Shown here: in pieces, positions 51,100-60,594 of the stretch | Layout of the letters: each line of letters begins with the position of its first letter | How positions within the stretch are numbered: position 1 is the first letter of the stretch | Assembly: GCA_015068345.1 (NCBI GenBank) | Contig: SVKS01000001.1 | Span: 3,712-67,711 of the forward strand | Source of the DNA: Oscillospiraceae bacterium | GTDB lineage: Bacteria; Bacillota; Clostridia; Oscillospirales; QAMX01 | DNA length: 64,000 nucleotides | Reading direction: 5' to 3' | Made by a program: the position numbers and the translations under genes | The notes under the pieces: generated by a model | Seen by the model: only the letters and a program-made list of their open reading frames with translations | What the model was told of the DNA's origin: nothing | Databases searched by the model: none

Positions 51100-52942
51100 C
51101 GAAGAAGAATTTGTGGATAAAAAAGTAGACTTTCGTATGTGGGGAAAGATCATCCGCTACGCAAAGCCCTTCTACAAGTATATTTTCTGTGTGTTTTTCT
51201 TTATGAGTGCCTCCTCCCTGTGTGACGTACTCAATCCCCTGATCATGTCCCACCTGATCGACCATAACCTGATTCCTCAGACCTGGGACGGAGCTCCCCT
51301 TTACATGGCTCTTTACGTGGCGGTGGTCCTCTTCCAGATTGTTACCACCTATGGATTCATCCGTTCCGCCAATGCGGTGGAATTGGGGCTCACCACAAGA
51401 CTTCGCCGGCTGGCGTTTGAAAAGCTGCAGACCCTGTCCTTCTCCTATTATGATAAGACCCCTGTGGGTTACATCATGTCCCGCCTCACCAGCGATGCCC
51501 AGCGCCTGTCGGATACCATCGCCTGGTCCTGCGTGGATATTTTCTGGAGCGTGGTCTTTATGATCACGGCGGCCATCATCATGCTCTTTACCAACTGGAA
51601 GCTGGCACTGATGCTGATCGCCACTACCCCCTTTATTGCGGTCATCAGCTACTTTTTCCAGAAGGTGATTCTGAAAAACTACCGTCTGGTCCGCAGTGCC
51701 AACTCCAAAATCACCGGCGCCTTCAACGAGGGTATCATGGGTGCAAAAACCACCAAGACCCTGGTGCAAGAGGAAGCCAACAACAAGGAATTCTACGGAC
51801 TTACCGAAAATATGCAGACCCACAGCGTCAAGGCGGCGGTCTTCTCTGCCATCTACTGGCCCATTATCATGACCATCGGCAGTATTGGTACCGGCTTGAT
51901 TCTCTGGCAGGGCGGCGCAAATGTGCTTGCCGGGGTGATCACCCTTGGTGAATTCAGCTTCTTCATGACCCTGGGCGGTTACTTCTTCGAACCCATCAAC
52001 AACCTGGCCCGTATTTTTGCCGAAGTGCAATCGGCCCAGGCGGCGGTGGAACGTGTCATTACCCTGATGGATACCCCGTCGGATATCCAGGATACTCCCG
52101 AAGTGGTGGAAAAGTTTGGGGACGAATTCGTTGGAAAAACCGAAAACTGGCCGGCCCTTCGCGGGGATGTGGAATTCAAAAACGTCACCTTCAAGTACAA
52201 GGATGGGCAGACGGTCCTTCGCAACTTCTCTTTGAAAATCAAGCAGGGAGAGCGCATTGCTTTGGTTGGCGAAACCGGCAGCGGTAAGTCCACCATTGTA
52301 AACCTGATCTGCCGCTTCTACGAACCCACCGAGGGTACCATCGAAATCGACGGTGTGGACTATCGGGAGCGCAGTCAGCTTTGGCTCCATTCCAATCTTG
52401 GCTACGTGCTCCAGTCGCCCCAGCTTTTCTCCGGCACCATCCGGGAAAATATCCGCTATGGTCGTTTGGATGCCACCGATGAAGAGGTGGAAGAGGTCGC
52501 CAAAATGGTGGATGCCGCAAGCTTTATCAATCGCCTGGAAAAGGGTTATGAAACCGAAGTGGGTGAAGGCGGCGGCCGTCTGAGTACCGGGGAAAAACAG
52601 CTCATTTCTTTTGCCCGGGCCATTCTGGCAAATCCGGCCATCTTTGTGTTGGACGAAGCTACCTCCTCCATCGATACCGAAACCGAGGCCATGATTCAGC
52701 GGGCTATCGAACGGGTGCTGGATGGACGCACCAGCTTCATTATTGCCCACCGTCTTTCCACCATTCGCTCCTGCGACCGGATCCTGGTCATTGACAAGGG
52801 TGAGGTGGTGGAAGCCGGCAGCCATCGCCAGTTAATGGCTCTTGGCGGACGCTACTATAACCTTTACACCACCCAGTTCAAGAACGAACGGGAAGCCGAA
52901 TCCCTCAGCCTTTTGGGCGTGAAACGGGAAGCGGAAGAATAA
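51086..52942 (+). CDS. heterodimeric ABC exporter subunit 2 (TMD-NBD; consensus-site NBD)
   Basis: GETGSGKST, deviant signature LSTGEKQ, canonical Walker B FVLDEATSSID. It overlaps subunit 1 by 14 nt. Confidence 0.88.
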   Translation: MPRINEEEFVDKKVDFRMWGKIIRYAKPFYKYIFCVFFFMSASSLCDVLNPLIMSHLIDHNLIPQTWDGAPLYMALYVAVVLFQIVTTYGFIRSANAVELGLTTRLRRLAFEKLQTLSFSYYDKTPVGYIMSRLTSDAQRLSDTIAWSCVDIFWSVVFMITAAIIMLFTNWKLALMLIATTPFIAVISYFFQKVILKNYRLVRSANSKITGAFNEGIMGAKTTKTLVQEEANNKEFYGLTENMQTHSVKAAVFSAIYWPIIMTIGSIGTGLILWQGGANVLAGVITLGEFSFFMTLGGYFFEPINNLARIFAEVQSAQAAVERVITLMDTPSDIQDTPEVVEKFGDEFVGKTENWPALRGDVEFKNVTFKYKDGQTVLRNFSLKIKQGERIALVGETGSGKSTIVNLICRFYEPTEGTIEIDGVDYRERSQLWLHSNLGYVLQSPQLFSGTIRENIRYGRLDATDEEVEEVAKMVDAASFINRLEKGYETEVGEGGGRLSTGEKQLISFARAILANPAIFVLDEATSSIDTETEAMIQRAIERVLDGRTSFIIAHRLSTIRSCDRILVIDKGEVVEAGSHRQLMALGGRYYNLYTTQFKNEREAESLSLLGVKREAEE

Positions 52943-52967
52943 TTTTCCAACGTTAAAGACGCAATAC

Positions 52968-53019
52968 GGCCCCATTTGTCGGTCAGAATACGGAAAAGAC
53001 TGGCAAATGGGGCCTTTTT
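52968..53019 (+). terminator. rho-independent terminator after the ABC exporter pair
   Basis: GGCCCCATTTG...CAAATGGGGCC (11-bp stem, long partly paired loop) followed by TTTTT. Confidence 0.7.
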
Positions 53020-53107
53020 ACCAGAAAGCGCCGGAATACGGAAGAGAAATACACAGAATATTTGAAAATAAAAAACGAAATTCGTATGAATTTTTGTCCG
53101 AAAGGTC

Positions 53108-53136
53108 TCGACAAAAGCCCTCGTTTTTGTTAATAT
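53108..53136 (+). promoter_or_regulatory. sigma-A-type promoter for the vanW-to-DUF1624 unit
   Basis: TCGACA (53108-13), 17 nt, TGtTAATAT (-10 at 53131-36). Confidence 0.45.
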
Positions 53137-53255
53137 AAAGGTAGTGCCGAAATCTTCCCCATAAGGCGGGAGATCCGGCAGAATGAATCGGAAGATAACG
53201 ATAGATTCGATCATCATACATCCAAGATATACCCAGGTTTTTTAGGAGAAAGAAA

Positions 53256-55241
53256 ATGGCAAACAGAACTTCATCCAGTCGAAATGAAAATCGCCCGATG
53301 TCCAGCGCAGCCCGAGCAAGGGAGCGGATCCGTCGCCGCAAGGAGCAGGAAAGACGCAGAAAAATGCAAATTCTGGCCTGTACCCTGGCGGGGCTGGTCC
53401 TTTTGGGCGTGGTGGCCATTGTGGCCCTTTCTGCCTACTTCAAGGCAGATGATTATGACGATAAGGTTTATCCCAATATCTATGCTGCCGGAGTGGAGCT
53501 TTCGGGTATGACGGAAGAGGAAGCCCGGATTGCCATCGAGGAAGCAGCGGCAAAATATTACCAGGAAAATAAAATCGACCTGACCTACGGTAACGACGTG
53601 CTCCCCATTTACGGCAGTGATGTAGGGATGAAGGTAGATGCTATCTCTGCTGCCCGGGAAGCCGTGAATTATGGCAAGGACCTGGAAGGCAAAGATCAGC
53701 GCAAGCTTCTGAAGGGGAAAGCCGGCCGGATCGATATTCCCACGGTGGGTTCCTATGATGATGCCCTCCTGCTTGCCAAGGTGGAAGAGTTTGCTACCAT
53801 GGTGGAGGATAAGATATCGGTTAACAGCTACGAACTGACCGAGCTTTCAGTGAAGATTGACCTCTCCAATAACGGCTACGTATTGGATATCGCAACCATC
53901 CATAATGATCTTGGGGAAAAATTGTTGGCAGGGGACTTTACCGAATATCTGGCAACTCCTGTGCAGATGACGCCCCAGAACCTGAAGATTGAAGAAATTT
54001 ACCAGAGCGTCTTTGTGGAACCCAAGGATGCCTATATGGAATACGTTCCCGCCGAGTGGGGAACCGAAGAGACCCTGGAAGGCTTTGATATGGCAAACTA
54101 TAGCGGTAAGCTCAAATACCGGATTCAGCCCGAAACCGTGGGTATTTCCTTTGACCTGGAGGCCGCCAAGGCCGAACTGGCATCTGCGGGAGACAAAAAG
54201 GTGTTTGAGTTCCTGCTTATCAAGACCAATCCCCAGGTGACCACCGAATCTCTGCAAAATTCGATTTACAAGAATGTACTCAGCTCGGTTACCACCAAAC
54301 TCACCAGCGAAAAGAACCGTACTGCAAACGTCAAACTTGCCAGTCAGTCGGTGAATGGTCTTGAACTGATGCCGGGAGAGGTTTTCTCCTTCAATCAGGC
54401 GGTTGGCCAGCGCACCGAAGCCAGGGGCTTCAAAAAAGCCGGTACCTTTGTGAAGGGCGAAGTGGTGGATGAAATCGGCGGCGGCATCTGCCAGGTTTCC
54501 AGCACCATCTATATGGCGACCCTGCTCACCAACCTGGAGCAGGTGGAACGCGCGCCCCATCGCTTTGCTGTAACCTACACACCCCTTGGCCAGGATGCCA
54601 CCGTTTACTGGGGGTCCTTGGATTATCGCTTCAAAAACGACACAGACTATCCCATCAAGATTCTTGCGGAAGTCAGCGGCAGCAGTCTGACGGTGAAGGT
54701 GCTTGGCACCAAAACCGACTCCTACAAGTATAAGCTTTCCACCACCACCAACTCCACCAAGGAGTTCAAGGAAGAAACCAAGTATATCGCCCTGGGCGGC
54801 GAGGAAGCCCTGGAATACGAACTGGAAAAGCTGGGTGAAAAGAAGGTCACAGGGGGTAAGAAGGGCTATACCTGTTCCACCTATCTGATCACCTATGACG
54901 AAAACGGGACCGAAGTATCCCGCAAGAAAGTGAACGATTCCAGCTACAAGACCCAGGATAAGGTTACCTACATTGCCTGTTACCTGAATGAAAAGGGTGA
55001 ACCCATTTTGGATGAAAAGGGCGAACCTATGGATCCCAATGCGCCGGTGACTTCGGAACCCACTACGACGACTCCGAACACACCCTCAACCGAACCTACT
55101 ACAAAGCCCGAACCTCCCACCAGCGAACCCGAAACCACGACGACTCCCGAACCTCCCACCAGTGAAACCGAAACCTCTCCCTCCACCGAAGAACCCGACG
55201 TGGGAGAAGGCGCAGGGCAGGCGGATCCGGGCTCGCGGTAA
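53256..55241 (+). CDS. VanW-family protein with N-terminal TM anchor, G5 domain and Pro/Thr/Glu-rich tail
   Basis: VanW core PGEVFSFNQAVGQRTEARGFKKAG...GGGICQVSSTIY...PLGQDATV. A G5-like segment follows. The C-terminus is TSEPTTTTPNTPSTEPTTKPEPPTSEPETTTTPEPPTSETETSPSTEEP. Confidence 0.85.
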   Translation: MANRTSSSRNENRPMSSAARARERIRRRKEQERRRKMQILACTLAGLVLLGVVAIVALSAYFKADDYDDKVYPNIYAAGVELSGMTEEEARIAIEEAAAKYYQENKIDLTYGNDVLPIYGSDVGMKVDAISAAREAVNYGKDLEGKDQRKLLKGKAGRIDIPTVGSYDDALLLAKVEEFATMVEDKISVNSYELTELSVKIDLSNNGYVLDIATIHNDLGEKLLAGDFTEYLATPVQMTPQNLKIEEIYQSVFVEPKDAYMEYVPAEWGTEETLEGFDMANYSGKLKYRIQPETVGISFDLEAAKAELASAGDKKVFEFLLIKTNPQVTTESLQNSIYKNVLSSVTTKLTSEKNRTANVKLASQSVNGLELMPGEVFSFNQAVGQRTEARGFKKAGTFVKGEVVDEIGGGICQVSSTIYMATLLTNLEQVERAPHRFAVTYTPLGQDATVYWGSLDYRFKNDTDYPIKILAEVSGSSLTVKVLGTKTDSYKYKLSTTTNSTKEFKEETKYIALGGEEALEYELEKLGEKKVTGGKKGYTCSTYLITYDENGTEVSRKKVNDSSYKTQDKVTYIACYLNEKGEPILDEKGEPMDPNAPVTSEPTTTTPNTPSTEPTTKPEPPTSEPETTTTPEPPTSETETSPSTEEPDVGEGAGQADPGSR

Positions 55242-55270
55242 GCACTCTCTCTATTTCAGAAAGGAAAAAT

Positions 55271-56119
55271 ATGACGGAAAATCGTCCCATGAGTCCTCTT
55301 GGACATATCAAAGCGCGGGCACGCTTTCTATCATTGCGTTATTTATGGCGGCTGTTAGCAGCCGCTTTAGCGCTTTTTGCCGTACAAATGGGGATCTCTA
55401 TGGTGCTTTCTGCCCTGGACCTTCTCCTGGTTGGAAACCGTACCCAGGTGAGCCTTTTTGGTATGGAAATTTCCCTCAGCTTTGAAATTGCCTATCTTTT
55501 GGCCCAGATACTTTTGGCACCTCTGGAGCTTGGAGTTGCCTGGTATTTCCTGCGGGGTTCCCGGGGAGAACCCGGTCCCTTCCTTGGAATTTTCTCTTGG
55601 TATGCCCGTCGGGACCGACTGAAGGTTGCCGGTAAGTTCGCTCTTTGGCAGCTGGGCTTCGACGTTGTTACCTTCCCCATTGGTGTACTGCCTGTGTACT
55701 ACATGAACCAGGAATTGGATCGTCTTTTGGTGGAAGCCGGCAAGGCCGGTCTGTTTGTGGAAAGCATCCCGGTGGATACCCGAGGGATTTCCATGGCGCT
55801 GATTCTCCTGGCCATCTGCGGATTGGTTTCCCTTCCCTTTGCCGCTTTGCCCTATATACTTTGCGACGTGGGACACAGGGGATTTTTCAAATGCTTAAAG
55901 TATTCTGTCAAGTTGATGCTTTCGATCCTTCCGCAGTATTTTCTGCTTTTGGTAAGTTTTATTCCCTGGGTGCTGGCAGGATCCTGCCTGTTATTTGTTT
56001 ATGTTTTTCTGGTGGTCTATTATCGCATGGCCACGGTATGCTTCATGGATTATACCCGGTCCAATATGACTCGGGAACCCTATTACAAGGATTTTTCGCA
56101 TCGGGAGGATGAACAATGA
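55271..56119 (+). CDS. integral membrane protein of unknown function (DUF975-like)
   Basis: About 6 hydrophobic helices and no catalytic motif that I recognise. Its stop overlaps the polA start (ATGA). Confidence 0.5.
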   Translation: MTENRPMSPLGHIKARARFLSLRYLWRLLAAALALFAVQMGISMVLSALDLLLVGNRTQVSLFGMEISLSFEIAYLLAQILLAPLELGVAWYFLRGSRGEPGPFLGIFSWYARRDRLKVAGKFALWQLGFDVVTFPIGVLPVYYMNQELDRLLVEAGKAGLFVESIPVDTRGISMALILLAICGLVSLPFAALPYILCDVGHRGFFKCLKYSVKLMLSILPQYFLLLVSFIPWVLAGSCLLFVYVFLVVYYRMATVCFMDYTRSNMTREPYYKDFSHREDEQ

Positions 56120-58632
56120 AATTTCTGTTGATCGATGGCAACAGCATGCTCAGCCGTGCTTTCTACGGTATTCGCCTGCTGACTGCTCCCGATGGCAGTT
56201 TTACCAATGCGGTACTTGGCTTTTTTAACACCTATATCAAGGTGGCCGCCGAGGAAAAACCCGACGGAGTTTGCGTTTGCTTCGACGTGCATGCTCCCAC
56301 CTTCCGCAAGGAGATGTTTGACGCCTACAAGGCAGGGCGCTCTCCCACCCCACCCGAACTGATTGCCCAGATTCCCCTGATGAAGGAACTTTTGGACCTG
56401 GTTGGCATTGCCAGGCTGGAGCTTGCAGGTTACGAAGCCGACGATTTACTTGGTACCCTGTCCCAAACCATGGAGGAAACCGGACACGAAGCGGTGATCC
56501 TCACCGGTGACCGGGACTCTCTGCAGCTGGCGGGGGATCACACCAAGGTGAAAATCGCTACCACCAAGGCGGGGCAACCCGTTACCGTAGATTACGACCC
56601 CTTGAAGATCCTGCTGGAATTTGGAGTCATGCCCAAGGAACTCATCGATGTAAAGGCGTTGATGGGAGACCGGTCGGATAATATTCCCGGTGTGGCGGGA
56701 ATCGGTGAAAAGACCGCATTGTCGCTGATTGCCCAAAATCATAGTGTGGATGCCCTTTATGAAAACCTGGAAGGGTTGACGTTGACAAAGTCGGTCCGGA
56801 CAAAGCTGGAAGCCGGACGGGAAAGTGCGATTCTCAGCCGCAAGCTTGCCGAAATCAATCGGAGAGTGCCGGTGGATTTCAAACCGGAGGATGCCATTTT
56901 GTCCGGGGAACCAAAGCCCGAAGCCTTTGACCGATTCAGCGCCCTTGGACTTTTTTCCCTTCTGGATCGGCTGGGGATTCAAAAGGACGAAAACACAACC
57001 GTGCCTGCGCTGGAATACCCCGAAAGCGAACCCTTCCCGGCGGACTTTATGCCCGGGGAAAAGACCGCATTTACCCTGACTCCCGATGGGTTTACAGTAT
57101 TTGACGGTACCAATCTGTACGCCAAGCTTGCCAATGAAGATGGTTATCACGATCTGCTTGCGACTTACTTCGGCAGTGCTGGGGAAAAAATTACCCACGA
57201 CCTGAAAAGCGCCCATTCTCTCCTGTTATGGGAGGGGCTGGAGGCGGTGGGCCCCTTCTTCGATACCCTCACCGGGGCGGCGGTACTTTCTCTGCCCCAG
57301 GATTTGAAGAGTCTTGCCCGTCGTTATTATGGAGAAGAACCGGAATCCGGCAAGGAAGCCGTGGTAGCCTACGCCCTGGAGGCAGAGCTCCGTCCTCAAC
57401 TGGAGGATTTCCGGGAGCTTTATTATGACATGGAAATCCCCCTGTCCCGGGTGATTGCTGGGATGGAGTTCTATGGCTTTTCCCTGGATACCGAGACTTT
57501 GGCGGATTATGGCAGTGCTCTGGCGTTGCTGGCTGCCGACAACGAAGAGCGTATTTATGCCATTGCCGGGGAAAAATTTAACATTCATTCTCCTAAGCAA
57601 CTGGGGGAAATTCTGTTTGAAAAGATGGGTCTGCCGGTGATTAAGAAGACCAAATCGGGTTATTCCACCGATGCGGACGTTTTGAAAAAGCTGGCCCCCA
57701 GAAGCGAGATCATCAACCTGATTCTGGAATATCGAAGCCTGACCAAGCTGAAAGCGACCTATGCCGACGGACTTGCACGGGGCATTTCGGAGCGGGACGG
57801 AAGGGTCCATTCCACCTTCTTCCAGACCGGTGCCATTACCGGCCGCATTTCCTCATCTGAACCCAATCTGCAGAATATCCCGGTGCGGACTCCCCTTGGG
57901 CGGGAACTTCGGAAAATGTTTGTGGCGCCTCCGGGCTATGTGCTGGTGGATGCCGACTACTCTCAAATTGAGCTTCGTCTGTTGGCCCATATTGCCGGGG
58001 ACGAGAATATGATAGAGGCTTTTGAAGAGGGACAGGATATTCATACCTTAACTGCCTCCCAGGTATTTGGGGTTCCTCCCTTTGCCGTGACCCCCGAAAT
58101 GCGATCCAGCGCCAAGGCAGTCAACTTTGGTATCATCTACGGTATCTCGGATTTTGCCCTGGCGGAGGACATTGGGGTTTCCCGGAAGGAAGCCAAGGAG
58201 TATATCGAACGCTACCTGGAAAGCTATCCTGGGGTGAAGCAGTATATGAAGGACGTGGTGGAAAAGGCCAGGGAAACCGGATTTGTGGAAACCTTGTTTG
58301 GCCGCCGCCGCTATATCCCCGATATCAAGGCCAAGAATTTCAATCTCCGCTCGGCAGCGGAACGTATTGCTCTGAATGCTCCCATCCAAGGGACCGCGGC
58401 CGACGTGATCAAGCTTGCCATGATCAAGATTCATAACCGACTCAAAAACGATAGCCCCCGCTCCCGCCTGATTCTGCAAATTCACGACGAACTGATCGTG
58501 GAAACACCGGAGGAGGAAGTGGAACTGGTCAAACGCCTGGTGAAGGAAGAGATGGAGTCGGTAGTAAGCTACCGGGTGACCCTGGAAGCCGATGCCGGCG
58601 TGGGGAAAACCTGGTACGAAGCGAAGCAATAA
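56116..58632 (+). CDS. polA: DNA polymerase I
   Basis: 5'-nuclease domain (LLIDGNS...GDRSDNIPGV.GIGEKTA). Pol A motifs DYSQIELRLLAH, RSSAKAVNFGIIYG, QIHDEL. Confidence 0.95.
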   Translation: MKFLLIDGNSMLSRAFYGIRLLTAPDGSFTNAVLGFFNTYIKVAAEEKPDGVCVCFDVHAPTFRKEMFDAYKAGRSPTPPELIAQIPLMKELLDLVGIARLELAGYEADDLLGTLSQTMEETGHEAVILTGDRDSLQLAGDHTKVKIATTKAGQPVTVDYDPLKILLEFGVMPKELIDVKALMGDRSDNIPGVAGIGEKTALSLIAQNHSVDALYENLEGLTLTKSVRTKLEAGRESAILSRKLAEINRRVPVDFKPEDAILSGEPKPEAFDRFSALGLFSLLDRLGIQKDENTTVPALEYPESEPFPADFMPGEKTAFTLTPDGFTVFDGTNLYAKLANEDGYHDLLATYFGSAGEKITHDLKSAHSLLLWEGLEAVGPFFDTLTGAAVLSLPQDLKSLARRYYGEEPESGKEAVVAYALEAELRPQLEDFRELYYDMEIPLSRVIAGMEFYGFSLDTETLADYGSALALLAADNEERIYAIAGEKFNIHSPKQLGEILFEKMGLPVIKKTKSGYSTDADVLKKLAPRSEIINLILEYRSLTKLKATYADGLARGISERDGRVHSTFFQTGAITGRISSSEPNLQNIPVRTPLGRELRKMFVAPPGYVLVDADYSQIELRLLAHIAGDENMIEAFEEGQDIHTLTASQVFGVPPFAVTPEMRSSAKAVNFGIIYGISDFALAEDIGVSRKEAKEYIERYLESYPGVKQYMKDVVEKARETGFVETLFGRRRYIPDIKAKNFNLRSAAERIALNAPIQGTAADVIKLAMIKIHNRLKNDSPRSRLILQIHDELIVETPEEEVELVKRLVKEEMESVVSYRVTLEADAGVGKTWYEAKQ

Positions 58633-58647
58633 GAAAGGAGAAACGCC

Positions 58648-59085
58648 ATGCAGCCCTATATTCTTTTTGTATGTGACCGCAATACCTGCCGCAGTGCCAT
58701 GGCAGAAGCCTTTTTCAACCATTATGCCGCCCAAAACGGTCTGACCCTGCGGGCAAAGTCCTGTGGCATCCATGCCATCGAAGGGGAGGAGGCTGACTGG
58801 GGCGCCATAGAAGCCATGGAAGCCTACGGCATTTCCCTGGAGGAGCATCGCACCACCGAAATATCCTATGATCTCCTGAAATATGCCTTGATGATCATCA
58901 CCATGACCAAGTATCAGGCTCAGTATTTGACCGAGCTGTTGGAAAAGAGCCCCGAGCTGAAGAAGAGGATCTCTGCTTTGGATCCGGAGATTCCCGATCC
59001 CTACGGCGGGGATGATTCGGATTACCGCCGGGTTGCAGGTATGCTGGATGATATTCTGGTCCGCCTTGCAGAAGCAAAGGAGTAA
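58648..59085 (+). CDS. low-molecular-weight protein phosphatase (LMW-PTP / YwlE-like arginine phosphatase)
   Basis: P-loop ILFVCDRNTCRSAMAE (C-x5-R-S) and a C-terminal DPYGG with the general-acid Asp. Confidence 0.85.
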   Translation: MQPYILFVCDRNTCRSAMAEAFFNHYAAQNGLTLRAKSCGIHAIEGEEADWGAIEAMEAYGISLEEHRTTEISYDLLKYALMIITMTKYQAQYLTELLEKSPELKKRISALDPEIPDPYGGDDSDYRRVAGMLDDILVRLAEAKE

Positions 59086-59089
59086 GCCC

Positions 59090-59548
59090 ATGGAACAGAT
59101 TGAAATCCGTCCGATGGCCGCCGATATGGCCCAGGCCGCTTCCGATTTGGAAGGACTCTGCTTCCATACCCCCACCTCTCCCACCATGATGTGGGAGGAA
59201 CTGACCAAGCCGGAGGGAATCTACTTTGGGGCCTTTGACGGGCAGACTTTGGTGGGCTACGTGGGTATGCAGTCGGTTTTGGACGAGGGATACATTATGA
59301 ATCTTTGCGTTCATCCCGACTACCGTCGCCAAGGCATTGCCCGACAGCTGATGGATGCTCTGCTGAAGGGGGCGGAGAATGCCCAGTTGGCTTTTGTTAC
59401 CCTGGAAGTGAGGGAAAGCAATGTTCCCGCCATTTCGCTTTACAAAAGCTTGTCCTTTGAGGAAGTGGGTCTTCGGAAGAATTACTATCAAAATCCCACC
59501 GAACACGCCCTGCTTCTGACCCGATTTTATAAGAAGGTGAATCTATGA
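59090..59548 (+). CDS. rimI: ribosomal-protein-alanine N-acetyltransferase (GNAT)
   Basis: GNAT motif A VHPDYRRQGIARQLM. Positioned immediately upstream of tsaD, overlapping by ATGA. Confidence 0.8.
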   Translation: MEQIEIRPMAADMAQAASDLEGLCFHTPTSPTMMWEELTKPEGIYFGAFDGQTLVGYVGMQSVLDEGYIMNLCVHPDYRRQGIARQLMDALLKGAENAQLAFVTLEVRESNVPAISLYKSLSFEEVGLRKNYYQNPTEHALLLTRFYKKVNL

Positions 59549-60594
59549 TTCTTTTGGGAATCGAATCCTCCTGCGACGAAACCTCCATCGCCGTGGTGGA
59601 GGACGGACGACGGGTCCTTTCGGTGGAAACCCTGTCGCAAATCGAAATTCATAAGGTGTACGGGGGAGTGGTTCCCGAAATTGCCTCCCGCAAGCACCTG
59701 GAAACCATAGCGGGTCTGGCAGAAGAAGCCATCCGGAATGCAGGTATTACAAAAAAGGACCTGACTGCCATTGCCTGCACCAACCGTCCGGGACTGATCG
59801 GCGCGCTACTCACCGGTCTTTCCTTTGCCAAGGGTGCAGCCTATGCGTTGGGCATCCCCCTTGTCACGGTGAACCACATTGCCGGACACATTGCGGCGGC
59901 CTACCTGGCCTTTCCGGAGCTCAAGCCCCCCTTCACGGCTCTTTCGGTTTCGGGCGGCAATACTTTCTTCATCCGTGTGGCTGACTATTGCGACATGACG
60001 GTTCTGGGTTCCACCCGGGACGATGCCGCAGGGGAAGCCTTTGACAAGGTGGCCCGGGTTTTGGGCATTCCCTATCCTGGTGGTAAGGAGATTGACCGGC
60101 TTGCGAAGCTTGGCCGGGAACAGTATGGCGTGGAAGAGTGTATGCGTCGCTTCCCCCTGCCCCGCCCGGTGTTTGAGGATGCCCCCTACGATACCTCCTT
60201 CTCGGGGCTCAAAACCGCAGTCATCAATAAGATACATACCGCCGAGCAAAAAGGCGAAGAAATTGAACGGGAAGTGCTGGCGGCCTCCTTCTGTGAAGCG
60301 GTGGCCGATATGCTGGTGTCCCGGTTCGAATATGCCGTTAAGGCCGAAAAAAGCAAGATCTTCGTGGTGGGGGGCGGTGTTGCCGCCAATTCCCGTCTGC
60401 GGGAACGGCTGGAAGAATCGGCCCAAAAGTACGGGGTCACCCTTTACGTTCCGCCCCTGGCGGTGTGTGGGGACAACGCAGCCATGATCGCCTCCCAGGG
60501 GTATTACGACCTCCTTGCGGGAAAAACCGTGGGGCTGGACGAAAATGCCTACGCCAATCTGGAATATTTGTCCGAAAGGAATGGAAAAATATGA
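59545..60594 (+). CDS. tsaD: tRNA N6-adenosine threonylcarbamoyltransferase
   Basis: ILGIESSCDETS, VNHIAGHI, GGGVAAN motifs. Confidence 0.93.
   Translation: MILLGIESSCDETSIAVVEDGRRVLSVETLSQIEIHKVYGGVVPEIASRKHLETIAGLAEEAIRNAGITKKDLTAIACTNRPGLIGALLTGLSFAKGAAYALGIPLVTVNHIAGHIAAAYLAFPELKPPFTALSVSGGNTFFIRVADYCDMTVLGSTRDDAAGEAFDKVARVLGIPYPGGKEIDRLAKLGREQYGVEECMRRFPLPRPVFEDAPYDTSFSGLKTAVINKIHTAEQKGEEIEREVLAASFCEAVADMLVSRFEYAVKAEKSKIFVVGGGVAANSRLRERLEESAQKYGVTLYVPPLAVCGDNAAMIASQGYYDLLAGKTVGLDENAYANLEYLSERNGKI

Noticed and set aside
51112-51120. Perfect DnaA box TGTGGATAA
   Set aside because: It is a single copy inside the coding sequence of an ABC exporter. One 9-mer hit is about what chance predicts in 64 kb on two strands, and there is no cluster or AT-rich unwinding element nearby.
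51083-52825. 580-aa minus-strand ORF, and 49768-51153 (461 aa), opposite the ABC exporter pair
   Set aside because: They are antisense to genes with Walker A, Walker B and signature motifs. They are shadow ORFs.
53137-53255. Structured 5' UTR upstream of vanW (imperfect long hairpin about 53146-53183), considered as a c-di-AMP/ydaO-type riboswitch
   Set aside because: It is too short, and I cannot find the conserved ydaO core sequences. It is probably just a 5' stabilising hairpin. A covariance-model scan would be needed to decide.
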